Source: Escherichia coli (lineage in GTDB: Bacteria > Pseudomonadota > Gammaproteobacteria > Enterobacterales > Enterobacteriaceae). From it: 64,000 nucleotides of DNA. The notes under the pieces were generated by a model. It worked only from the letters and a program-made list of their open reading frames with translations. It ran no database searches and was not told where the DNA came from. Of this stretch, positions 33,945 through 42,580 are shown piece by piece; within the stretch, counting starts at the first letter, position 1; each line of letters begins with the position of its first letter. The stretch lies in assembly GCF_030013595.1 (NCBI RefSeq), contig NZ_CP122768.1, one strand, 5' to 3'. Position numbers and translations under genes: made by a program.

Positions 33945-35420
33945 TTACAAACTCGCTACATTTCGCCAGACACCATTAATCAGAACCTGCACCGGGCGTG
34001 CATTGGCCCAGTCCACACTTTCACCGCCATCAACACCACTCAGTAAATGACCTGATGGCGCATTTCCTCCGCGTCCAATACCAATGGCACCTCCCAGACG
34101 CACATCCTGCACACCACCTGTTCTGGTCTGGTAACGGGCATCAAAATTTCCGTAGTTTGATGGAACCATCTGCCCGTTTACGGCAAACGTTATGCTGTTA
34201 TCCGTATTCCTCTGACTGTAAAAATGCCAGCCAGAATCATCACCAAGCTCTGCAACAACAGGCCTTGAGGAATTTCCCCATAGACTAAATCTTGCACTCT
34301 TCGTGGAAGAACTGTCACACGACAGCGTGAACTTTCTTAAATTGCCGGTCGAGAGATTTTCTAATGCCAGCACACCGTTTTTTGTAAAACGAAAGGCGTT
34401 GTGTCCCTCTGCAAACACATTAATAACACCGCGTCCGCCCCACTTAAAACCGGTATTGCTATCACAGAGCGTGAGTGATTTTTCACCCAGATTGTTCTCA
34501 TTACCGATGCCAATCCTGTCACCAATAACCACATCGCCCTGGCGCAGGTTAATGGAAATGGGCCGCAGTGGGCCAATATCGCCATTCTCGCCCTGACCTT
34601 CACTGGTAGGGATAAGGTGCAGGCACTCTTCCGAGCGACGAAAAATCAGGCCAAAAGCTTCGTTGAAAATCCTCAGTGCATTAACACCACGGATTTTTAG
34701 TTCTCCGGTCATCAAATCACCAGATTTTTTTACATATCGCAGATCAAAATCTGAATAGATATTGCCAGGGTTTATCACGCTGAAATAGCTTTTCTCGCTA
34801 TCAAGAAGACAAATTAAGGGAATGCCTTTAATGATATCGTTCGCTACCAGCTCGGACTTGTTCCCCTTATAAAGCGGGAACGTACCAAGAACCTTTCCGC
34901 CCAGTGTTAATTGAAGTGTCGCGGCATTGGTATTGTTCTGAACGGGGAAAACGATAATCGGGGTTCGTAGCGTCCAGTCTGTACCTCCATTAACAAAAAA
35001 CGTCGCGGGAAGCTCCAGAGTCAGCGCGTTTGCAGTGCCGCCAGCAACTCCCGCAATATAATGACCACTCTGAAGCTGCGCTATCTGTACGAAATGGTTT
35101 TCCGAACCACGCGTGGCAAAGTTAGCCACAACGTCATTAAGGGACCAACCTTTCGCGGTCGTTCCTTCCTGCCCACGAATGACTTTCAACACATCACCGC
35201 TTACCGATACCAGGTGACAAATCTCAAATGCAGACTCTTTATTATCGGTAAGCGTAATTTTTGCATAGACGCGTTGCCCGTTCGATTTATTTTCAAAATC
35301 GGCAGAAAGCAATTTTGCAAATTTAGCTCCCGTGCCCGGCATCACCGGAATATCAGTCTGAATCGTCGTGATATCGCCAGCCAGTGCTGAAACAACGTTA
35401 TTGCCAAATCCAAGAATCAT
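33945..35420 (-). CDS. tail fibre / receptor-binding protein (baseplate-attached)
   Basis: 491 aa following the baseplate J and I-like genes. Gly-rich, beta-rich sequence. Position equivalent to P2 gpH. Confidence 0.7.
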   Translation of the reverse strand: MILGFGNNVVSALAGDITTIQTDIPVMPGTGAKFAKLLSADFENKSNGQRVYAKITLTDNKESAFEICHLVSVSGDVLKVIRGQEGTTAKGWSLNDVVANFATRGSENHFVQIAQLQSGHYIAGVAGGTANALTLELPATFFVNGGTDWTLRTPIIVFPVQNNTNAATLQLTLGGKVLGTFPLYKGNKSELVANDIIKGIPLICLLDSEKSYFSVINPGNIYSDFDLRYVKKSGDLMTGELKIRGVNALRIFNEAFGLIFRRSEECLHLIPTSEGQGENGDIGPLRPISINLRQGDVVIGDRIGIGNENNLGEKSLTLCDSNTGFKWGGRGVINVFAEGHNAFRFTKNGVLALENLSTGNLRKFTLSCDSSSTKSARFSLWGNSSRPVVAELGDDSGWHFYSQRNTDNSITFAVNGQMVPSNYGNFDARYQTRTGGVQDVRLGGAIGIGRGGNAPSGHLLSGVDGGESVDWANARPVQVLINGVWRNVASL

Positions 35421-36043
35421 TTTTGAATCACCGTTGTTGCACAGGAATAAATAAAAGGGAGTTTTACATATTTCTGGTCAATGGCATCTTTCAGAAAATA
35501 GCCTATGCCATCACCATACTCTGGTATCTGAATAGAAAAAACGCTGTCCGATACTGTCACACTCACATCAAAAGTGTGCTGCAACGGCGGGTCTATTCCG
35601 TTTTTTCCATGAATGAACCGCGCCACACGTCGCTTTAACCAGTCAATGCAGAAATGCGAACCGTCAGCCTTATAAAAATTCCACGTTAATATTCGTTTGA
35701 AATAATCATCAGGTACATACGATGCCTGCCCCGGAACGTAATTCCGCATTGCGGCATACGGGATCGTATTGTATTCAATGGTATCGTATGCGCCGCGTGC
35801 AATAGCCTCCTCGGAAACCTGTAGTAAAGGCCTTTCAACGCCATAAATCCCGAGTGCAATCCAGTCCAGCAATTGCCCGGTTATTGATTCCGATGTCCAG
35901 CATGGCAATGCCAGATTGTTGAGTGAATCGAGGTATTCCTGAGCAATTTCATTGTATGCATCAAAGAACGCAACAACATTCGGATCATCTCTGTACTGCA
36001 CAAATGGATAAGCAGGGAGAATTTTCTCAGTCAGATATTGCAT
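35417..36043 (-). CDS. baseplate/tail-fibre adaptor (gpI-position, DUF2612-like)
   Basis: 208 aa from MQYLTEKILPAYPF. This ATG overlaps the end of the J-like gene. The longer 244-aa reading is rejected. Confidence 0.6.
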   Translation of the reverse strand: MQYLTEKILPAYPFVQYRDDPNVVAFFDAYNEIAQEYLDSLNNLALPCWTSESITGQLLDWIALGIYGVERPLLQVSEEAIARGAYDTIEYNTIPYAAMRNYVPGQASYVPDDYFKRILTWNFYKADGSHFCIDWLKRRVARFIHGKNGIDPPLQHTFDVSVTVSDSVFSIQIPEYGDGIGYFLKDAIDQKYVKLPFIYSCATTVIQK

Positions 36044-37253
36044 ACTTGTTGACCTGAACCTGTGATGCCACCGTTGAAAAATAGGAATAGGTATCGCCAT
36101 AAACCAGGCTTGTGTCTTTTGCCGGAGGAACGATATGGCCGTTAATGCCAATGCTCACACTGATTGTTGAGATCAATGTTGCATCAACCAGCAATCTGAC
36201 GGAGCTGGTAAAAATATCCTGGATTCGCAGCAAATTTATCGGGTGACCGACTTCAATAGAATTGATGTAATCAGCAACGTTTTGTTGCACTGCCATAGCA
36301 ATACCCGCCGGATCAACATAATCATCAGACACCGTGTTCCAGGTGATTAGCACCATGACGTTTTGTGATGACGGGATAACGAACGGTACCTGATAAACGT
36401 CCGGCGAAACAGTTATTGAAACCGTGCGTTTTTCCACTGCCGCACCGGATGGATTGCTAACATCGTTGGTCAGTTTCGAAATATCCGGTACAGATTTGTA
36501 AATCGCATAAGCCACATCATACGGATCACCGCCACCAACAACCGCAACCCATTTCCCCAGCGACGACTGCCGGAAAGAAATCAGGTTTTCTCGCACACCG
36601 CTTACTGATTTGAGCATCGCTTTAAAGCAATCCGGTGTTCCCTGCACACCAAACATGCCGGACTCCATGACTTCGGCGCGGTAAGATGCCCACGTCTGCG
36701 CCTCCTGGCCGGGCATTCCTGCGGTAAGGTTCGTGCATTTTACAGGCTGGTCTTTGGGTACTGATGTGATGACCTGCGTCACGGTCCCTTCCGGTACAGC
36801 CCATGAGCCTGACGTAGTGGCCACACAGTAGACTGGCTCAGTCTGCCCGCTTTCCGGTACCACAGTATCGCGGGAAACCGCATACTGGTAGTTGCCGTCA
36901 CCGACAACAAATCCTTTAGGGATACCAAACCCCGGCAACGCCTCAAACACCACGTATACCGCCGTATTTGTACTTAATCCCTTCTGTGCTCCATAAATGT
37001 TTCCGAGTTGCATCAGTAACGGAATATTTGCGCCGTATGGGCTTACGGAGTTAATAAGGTCCACCCGCGCCTGGTCTATTAATGCCAGCGCCCCGACTGC
37101 CGTGCTGGCAAGGTCAGTAATAAGTCCCGCAGGAAGGTTGGCTGTATATCCAGGTACTTTTTCAGCAACTCTGGTGATAAGATTCGCAAGTAAGTCATTG
37201 GGTGGCGTAGGCTGCGCACCCGCACTGGTCATAGTAATTGGTATTTCTGACAT
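36027..37253 (-). CDS. baseplate wedge protein (gpJ-like)
   Basis: About 408 aa from MSEIPITM. Size and position are typical of baseplate J. Confidence 0.65.
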   Translation of the reverse strand: MSEIPITMTSAGAQPTPPNDLLANLITRVAEKVPGYTANLPAGLITDLASTAVGALALIDQARVDLINSVSPYGANIPLLMQLGNIYGAQKGLSTNTAVYVVFEALPGFGIPKGFVVGDGNYQYAVSRDTVVPESGQTEPVYCVATTSGSWAVPEGTVTQVITSVPKDQPVKCTNLTAGMPGQEAQTWASYRAEVMESGMFGVQGTPDCFKAMLKSVSGVRENLISFRQSSLGKWVAVVGGGDPYDVAYAIYKSVPDISKLTNDVSNPSGAAVEKRTVSITVSPDVYQVPFVIPSSQNVMVLITWNTVSDDYVDPAGIAMAVQQNVADYINSIEVGHPINLLRIQDIFTSSVRLLVDATLISTISVSIGINGHIVPPAKDTSLVYGDTYSYFSTVASQVQVNKYAISD

Positions 37254-37274
37254 AATTAATCTCAAGAGGATTTT

Positions 37275-37823
37275 ATGAAATTTAACTCATTAGGGATTTT
37301 GATTAGCTCACTGCTATTTTCTGGTGTTTCTCATGCAATTGATGCCACAGAGAGAATGAATGACATTCAACAGTTCGGTAAATGGTATTATGCTGAATTT
37401 ACCATGCCTACCACTATGGCTTATCGTATTGGTGTTGAATCCAAATTGCCGCAGGATAAATCAACTTTATTTATTGATATATCACCATTAACTCAATGTG
37501 AGCCCGGTGATGTAACTATCAATCATTTTATTGGATATAAACAAATGGATTTACCACCGTTCCTTCCTGTAAGTTATAAAATCAGCGGACAACAAAAGCA
37601 GGACTCTATAACAACCCCATCTATCAATGAGGGTTACTTGTTCAGTCCTATTAGCTCATTAAAGATTAGTGATTTGTTAAAAGCTAAAGGAAAAGGTAGT
37701 TTTTCTTTTTGGTACACTCCGCCAGCTGAAAGCAAAGAAAAACCACAAAAACTATTCTTCCCATTAGATGGCCTCCCGGAAGCATATAAAGCTGCAATCA
37801 ATTCCTGTAAAGAAAACATGTAA
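37275..37823 (+). CDS. secreted protein of unknown function (moron gene 1)
   Basis: 182 aa. SD AAGAGGA. Signal peptide MKFNSLGILISSLLFSGVSHA|ID. Two Cys. AT-rich by eye. Opposite strand to all flanking structural genes. Confidence 0.75.
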   Translation: MKFNSLGILISSLLFSGVSHAIDATERMNDIQQFGKWYYAEFTMPTTMAYRIGVESKLPQDKSTLFIDISPLTQCEPGDVTINHFIGYKQMDLPPFLPVSYKISGQQKQDSITTPSINEGYLFSPISSLKISDLLKAKGKGSFSFWYTPPAESKEKPQKLFFPLDGLPEAYKAAINSCKENM

Positions 37824-37841
37824 AATCAGGCGGTGATATTT

Positions 37842-38306
37842 ATGAAATTGAAATTTTTATCCCTACTTCTTTTTGTGAGCTTTTCTTCACACTCATCTAA
37901 CATATCAAGAATAATATGTAAGCCATCTAATAGCAACGACACCGCAACCTCCGCAATCTGGCCCCAACCTTACCTTTTAAATGATAAATTATGCTTTAAT
38001 ATTAGAATTGACTCTGGAAATGCATGTGTTGCCGATGGTAAAAAAACAACGTGGTTTACTGAATCAGTAATTATAATGCAAAACAACGAATCATTAGGCC
38101 GTGATGATACTTGGTTTAGAGTCAATCGCCCAACAATTAATGACCTACGTATAGAATATACTGTCGAGGCATCTAGGGATAAAGTTAATTGGATTCCTCA
38201 ATCTCACGTAACTATTAATCGGATTTCTGGAGAAGCTATTGATTGGGCGATTTATGAACACGGCGGAACGTCTTACCAGTGCCATCTTGAGGGCAAAAAG
38301 ATATGA
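37842..38306 (+). CDS. secreted Cys-containing protein of unknown function (moron gene 2)
   Basis: 154 aa from the ATG at 37842 (the ORF track starts at GTG 37833). Signal peptide MKLKFLSLLLFVSFSSHS|SN. Starts 18 nt after gene 1. AT-rich. Confidence 0.7.
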   Translation: MKLKFLSLLLFVSFSSHSSNISRIICKPSNSNDTATSAIWPQPYLLNDKLCFNIRIDSGNACVADGKKTTWFTESVIIMQNNESLGRDDTWFRVNRPTINDLRIEYTVEASRDKVNWIPQSHVTINRISGEAIDWAIYEHGGTSYQCHLEGKKI

Positions 38307-38432
38307 TGCACTATCATTAAATTGACTACGGCATCCAACTCTGGCTACAATCCGAACTGAGGCGTCGAAACCTCTTACAAGCGGTACGCAACCAACCCCG
38401 TCAGTGTTGGATTTTTTATGCCTATTTTTTCA

Positions 38433-38455
38433 GTGGTTGCATCATGTGCAACCAC
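38433..38455. promoter_or_regulatory. perfect 9-bp inverted repeat (candidate operator) upstream of the AntA-like gene
   Basis: GTGGTTGCA-tcatg-TGCAACCAC, 130 nt upstream of the ATG at 38586. Confidence 0.5.
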
Positions 38456-38585
38456 ATCCCCGATCAATGTCGGGAGGGCGACGAATACAACACCCGAAAG
38501 GGGAATAAGTCCGCGGTACTTGTAGCCGTTTCGAACCTCCCGACGCCACTTTGGTTCTTCTTCGAAAAAGATACAAGAGGTCATC

Positions 38586-39149
38586 ATGACAACCCAACTG
38601 ATCCCCGTTTTCAACGGAACTATCTCAAACGAAACCATCCTTCTATGCAACGCTCGCGATCTGCATGCCTTTCTCGAAGTAGGTAAGCGCTTTGCCACTT
38701 GGATCACCGAGCGACTTAGCGAGTATGAATTCGTAGAAAATCAGGACTATGTGATTGCTTCCCAAATTCGGGAAGCAAAAGGCCGGGGAGGCCACAACCG
38801 CAAGGACTACCACCTCACCCTAGATACCGCCAAAGAGCTGGCAATGGTTGAGCGCAACGAAAAAGGCCGCCAGATCCGCCGATACTTCATCGAGTGCGAG
38901 AAGAAGCTGCGCGAAGATACCACCAGCACACAATCCCCTCTGAATGTTGACATCATCATGCGCGTCAGAAACGGCTCAGTTACCCACATTGAGCACCACA
39001 AATCAGGCTCAGTTATCACCACAGAATGGGCAATTCACTTACTACGCAAAAGTGGATGGATTGTCATGCCACGCGATGAACTTCTTAACACGCCACTGGC
39101 CCAACTGATGCCCGAAAGCTTGCCTCAAACCGGAACCTGCGTCCGGTAA
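38586..39149 (+). CDS. AntA/AntB-type phage antirepressor-like protein
   Basis: 187 aa. N-terminal AntA-type sequence ARDLHAFLEVGKRFATWITERLSEYEFVENQDY ... DYHLTLDTAKELAMVERNEKGRQIRRYFIECEKKL. Confidence 0.8.
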   Translation: MTTQLIPVFNGTISNETILLCNARDLHAFLEVGKRFATWITERLSEYEFVENQDYVIASQIREAKGRGGHNRKDYHLTLDTAKELAMVERNEKGRQIRRYFIECEKKLREDTTSTQSPLNVDIIMRVRNGSVTHIEHHKSGSVITTEWAIHLLRKSGWIVMPRDELLNTPLAQLMPESLPQTGTCVR

Positions 39150-39472
39150 CTGGTCCCATTAAAAAACACAACATCGATGTTATAGGTGGGGTTCTCTGCC
39201 CCATCTACCTTTGAAATTGCCAGCGATGCAAAATACCCGGCAAACTGTTGCTGAACCATGTTCACATAGTAGTCCGGGTAAATCTGCTGCACGATGCACT
39301 GCTGCGCTGGAATGCCGTAATTCGCGTAAAACGGCGACTCCCCCAACCCCAGCTTTAACGTCTGAATGAGCGTCGTCAGCCAGCCGTAGGAGAAATCACC
39401 GTTGGCGTCAGATTCTACAGCAACCCATTTTTTGTTGCCGTTCGCGTCGGTGACGCGGCCCCATGTTCTCAT
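39125..39472 (-). CDS. small baseplate protein (gpW position)
   Basis: 115 aa in the position preceding J in the operon order. Its 3' end overlaps the convergent AntA-like gene by 25 nt. Confidence 0.55.
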   Translation of the reverse strand: MRTWGRVTDANGNKKWVAVESDANGDFSYGWLTTLIQTLKLGLGESPFYANYGIPAQQCIVQQIYPDYYVNMVQQQFAGYFASLAISKVDGAENPTYNIDVVFFNGTSYRTQVPV

Positions 39473-39475
39473 GCG

Positions 39476-39640
39476 TCAACCTTTCAAGTAAATTAGGGTA
39501 CCGGTAGCCAGAGCGGTACAAATGATCCACGCTACTGGAGTCAGAATATGCCGAATACCCTGACATACTGCGATTATTCTCGCAGCCTTATCAGCTCCTT
39601 GTGGGGTTGTCTCAGCCTTAAGAATCAGTTCGCTATCCAT
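39476..39640 (-). CDS. 54-aa membrane ORF (small ORF B)
   Basis: MDSELILKAETTPQGADKAARIIAVCQGIRHILTPVAWIICTALATGTLIYLKG. C-terminal TM. Its ATG overlaps the stop of ORF A, and its stop lies 3 nt before the next gene. Too short for the ORF track. Confidence 0.5.
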   Translation of the reverse strand: MDSELILKAETTPQGADKAARIIAVCQGIRHILTPVAWIICTALATGTLIYLKG

Positions 39641-39800
39641 TTAGAACCTTTATGATCTCTGCGATTCCCGGAAGCGATTTAGCAACTGCAAACCCTCCGA
39701 TAACTATAAGAACTGCATAAAACATTCTTCTCAGAACCGGACTTCTTTCGAGCAATTTTAGAGCTTCCACAATCCAGTCTCCTCCGCTAAAATTAATCAC
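39633..39800 (-). CDS. 55-aa membrane ORF (small ORF A)
   Basis: GTG start 6 nt after GGAGG. (M)INFSGGDWIVEALKLLERSPVLRRMFYAVLIVIGGFAVAKSLPGIAEIIKVLNG, one TM. Confidence 0.5.
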   Translation of the reverse strand: MINFSGGDWIVEALKLLERSPVLRRMFYAVLIVIGGFAVAKSLPGIAEIIKVLNG

Positions 39801-39855
39801 GGAAGACCTCCAAACATACGTAATTATCCCTTGCCTTATTCAAGGTCAGAAACAG

Positions 39856-39887
39856 AAAGCCCCGACTGTTTGCCCAGTCGGGGCTTT
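39856..39887 (-). terminator. intrinsic terminator inside the tail operon (after the spike gene)
   Basis: GCCCCGACTG-N6-CAGTCGGGGC, 10-bp stem flanked by AAA/TTT. The minus strand continues TTTCTGTTTCTG. Confidence 0.7.
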
Positions 39888-39925
39888 CGCTTTATGGATA
39901 GAATTTAAAGTGAAATGAACCGGTA

Positions 39926-40639
39926 TTAACCCGGATTTGGTTTCTTTGACGTGATCGTGCTGTTGCCGCTTTGAACCCCAGTCACATCGTGGCTGTGACC
40001 GCTGGCGCTGACACCTTTTATCATCGCGTCGTTTTGCACAGTAAGCGGGCCAATCAGCGAAGCGGTTGTATCCTTCATCTGGGCTTTGTCCTGGACGATC
40101 GGTCCGTTGAGGTGAATTTTCCCGTTCAGGAAAATATCTTCGGCCTCGAGGTAAACAGCTTTCGACTTTTGCCTGATTTCTTCCGGTGCCACCGTTACCG
40201 AGCTACTGCCGTCCTCTGTTTTGAGGATCGCGCCATCCGGACCGTACAAAACGATCTTTTGCGGATCTTCGTCGGACCAGTCCTTGTTTGCCAGTGGCAC
40301 GAAAAACAGTGGAGTGAGCGACATCGAGTAAGAGAGCGTCGCCATACCGGTTCCCAATCCGGACACACCGCGCAGGGATACATCAGCGGCAATTGTTACT
40401 CCTCGATCGCCCGGCTGTATCGGGTAACGAATATACGGGAATGTGGCGACAGGGATTGTTATCTGCGGAAAGTTGATCCCCTCCGGCAGCATATCAAACT
40501 GAACTGTCACTATCTGCCCGCTGACACCGACAACATGGCAGGGCAATTCACGACCTTTAAGCTCGGCTTGCTGGTTACCAGAACTGGTCATCATCTCCGA
40601 CAGCGTTCGGAGAAACGGTAATTTTTGAGCGTTTGACAT
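39926..40639 (-). CDS. baseplate central spike (gpV / Gp138-N-like)
   Basis: 237 aa. OB-fold-like N-terminal part and a C-terminal beta-helix/apex with an HSHD motif. Position after the hub. Confidence 0.65.
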   Translation of the reverse strand: MSNAQKLPFLRTLSEMMTSSGNQQAELKGRELPCHVVGVSGQIVTVQFDMLPEGINFPQITIPVATFPYIRYPIQPGDRGVTIAADVSLRGVSGLGTGMATLSYSMSLTPLFFVPLANKDWSDEDPQKIVLYGPDGAILKTEDGSSSVTVAPEEIRQKSKAVYLEAEDIFLNGKIHLNGPIVQDKAQMKDTTASLIGPLTVQNDAMIKGVSASGHSHDVTGVQSGNSTITSKKPNPG

Positions 40640-41646
40640 TACACCCTCGCCCAGTTCTCAGCATATGCCTCAAATACCGTCACCCAGGCATCGCCATCGG
40701 CTGTCAGATACGAACCAATGTGTCTGACCGATTTCACAAGAAATTTCCCGGTGAACGTGGTCGAATTTTTTGCGATAACGCTGGGTGCCGTTGTATTAGC
40801 CATCACAATCGACGCAGCACCTGAATATAGCCCCTCCGGCAGTTTAACCACATCACCACATCTGATATCGCCCCTCATAGGGCATTTGAAGCTGACGGTA
40901 AACGGCGCTATCCATGTCGGCTGCCCGACCAGTTCATGGGCATGAATTGTTTTTGGCTCACCCCACTTTGCCGATGCGTTATCGTAGATTCGTATTCTGT
41001 CGGAAAGAATACTGATGGCGATTCCGCTGTATTTCTCATCGCGCATCATTGCAATTGAAGCACTACGGAGGACCATAGCCAGCGAACCAATATCTTCGTA
41101 GGTTCCATTCCACGGTTCCGGCAAAACGAGGCTGTCGCTGACAGTACAATCGATCAACTTATTCGGAAATGCCTTTTGCAACGCACGGGAGATTACATCA
41201 CCAACCTTTTCCCCTTTAAGCCCCTCCCCCTCGATAGAGAACGGTTTACCATCATCTGTTTTGCGTACGGTTGGATTTATTACCAGGTTTAAGGTCTGGT
41301 TCGTGCCGATCCAGTTGGCATAGGCTAGATAAATTTCGCCATAAATAACCTCACCCTGTTGCTGTGGATTTGCCAAAGGCAATCCCTCAACAAAGCCCGC
41401 TTTCATACGGACCAGACACCCCTGCAAACTCACGCTTTGCTTCAGCATGTCGATAGGCAAACCGTATATTGTGAGCATCGTTCCTGAATTCACTACATCA
41501 AGACCCGCTACCTCCACATCAAATTCAACATGTAGCCCACACCCGGGGGTTTTACTGGTATCAAAAGGCCCGATAGGTTTACCGTTGCAATCCACTGGCG
41601 GCTTGCCTGTTTTAGGATTGATGATTTCCAGTCGGTAATAGCGCAT
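40639..41646 (-). CDS. baseplate hub / tail protein (gpD position)
   Basis: 335 aa between the tape-measure-proximal genes and the spike. ATG/stop overlaps on both sides. Confidence 0.55.
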   Translation of the reverse strand: MRYYRLEIINPKTGKPPVDCNGKPIGPFDTSKTPGCGLHVEFDVEVAGLDVVNSGTMLTIYGLPIDMLKQSVSLQGCLVRMKAGFVEGLPLANPQQQGEVIYGEIYLAYANWIGTNQTLNLVINPTVRKTDDGKPFSIEGEGLKGEKVGDVISRALQKAFPNKLIDCTVSDSLVLPEPWNGTYEDIGSLAMVLRSASIAMMRDEKYSGIAISILSDRIRIYDNASAKWGEPKTIHAHELVGQPTWIAPFTVSFKCPMRGDIRCGDVVKLPEGLYSGAASIVMANTTAPSVIAKNSTTFTGKFLVKSVRHIGSYLTADGDAWVTVFEAYAENWARV

Positions 41647-41912
41647 TACGAAACCTCAAACTGATTAGAACTTTCACGAAAAATGAGTTTCCCCGGCGAG
41701 CAAGGCAGCGCCAGATTGATGTCGTAATTGTCAGGTGACGCGATCAACGGTGTGTACACAATCACGTCGCCAGAACTGTCTTTCAGTTCCAGGTAGTAAC
41801 GATTTGCATACAGATTAAACGGAACGCGGGCGAATGTTTCATATTTTCCGATTCTGGCCGTGAACTGAAACGGACCTCGCCCGTCCGGTTTGAAAGGAAT
41901 TAACGTTGTCAT
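41646..41912 (-). CDS. small tail/baseplate protein
   Basis: 88 aa, translationally coupled on both sides. Confidence 0.5.
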   Translation of the reverse strand: MTTLIPFKPDGRGPFQFTARIGKYETFARVPFNLYANRYYLELKDSSGDVIVYTPLIASPDNYDINLALPCSPGKLIFRESSNQFEVS

Positions 41913-42577
41913 AAGCCAATACCAAACTCCTGCACGACCTGGTTCTTAATACCTGACCACGATAGCGGACCGTCTGACGGCATCCCTTTATCAAATTTAT
42001 CCAGAACGCTCGCCAGCGTCTTTACTGTTTGTTCGACAGATGACAATGGTTGCTCAAATTCAATCTGCCAGGTGTGCTGCACTTGCTTGTTCTGCTCAGA
42101 GAAACCGGATGTATCGATAAACGACCGCATCAGGCAACGCGTATAGATAAACGACGGAGTCAGAACGGTGTAACAACCGCCATACTGGTTATGCATATCA
42201 AGCGCCATTTTCAGCGCCGTGAACGTCATTCCCTTCGTGGTGTAGCCACCGTCCTCCGTTGATGCCGGACGGATCATCTGCATGACTACCCGGTTAGGCT
42301 TCCTGACGGTCGCATTCGCTGCCGTTACCTGGTTATAGAAATTCAGGTTGCAGATATCCTGCTGGACCAGCGTTGTCCCGGCCATTGGCGTGAATGCCGC
42401 CATCGAGCGTGTACGAATCTCTCCATGCAGCAGACCGTTCGCGATGCTTAGTCCTTCGGTCAGAACAGCAATCGGCATCACCCCGCCAGGAATTTTCGAC
42501 GCTATGCCATCAACTAAAAGAATGGGCGATACTTCAAACGCCAGTTTGAAAGCTTGTCCAAAGTAATTAAGTGACAT
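41909..42577 (-). CDS. tail protein downstream of the tape measure
   Basis: 222 aa. Operon position only. Confidence 0.5.
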   Translation of the reverse strand: MSLNYFGQAFKLAFEVSPILLVDGIASKIPGGVMPIAVLTEGLSIANGLLHGEIRTRSMAAFTPMAGTTLVQQDICNLNFYNQVTAANATVRKPNRVVMQMIRPASTEDGGYTTKGMTFTALKMALDMHNQYGGCYTVLTPSFIYTRCLMRSFIDTSGFSEQNKQVQHTWQIEFEQPLSSVEQTVKTLASVLDKFDKGMPSDGPLSWSGIKNQVVQEFGIGL

Positions 42578-42580
42578 GGT

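Noticed and set aside
30804-35420. Invertible host-range segment (Mu G / P1 C / e14 P type)
   Set aside because: There is no invertase gene in or next to the fibre region, and no inverted crossover repeats flank the fibre C-termini. Both fibre/chaperone sets are co-oriented.
38375-38707. 110-aa minus-strand ORF overlapping the leader and 5' end of the AntA-like gene
   Set aside because: It has no SD and overlaps a recognisable gene and its regulatory repeats. The composition is unremarkable. Probably not coding.
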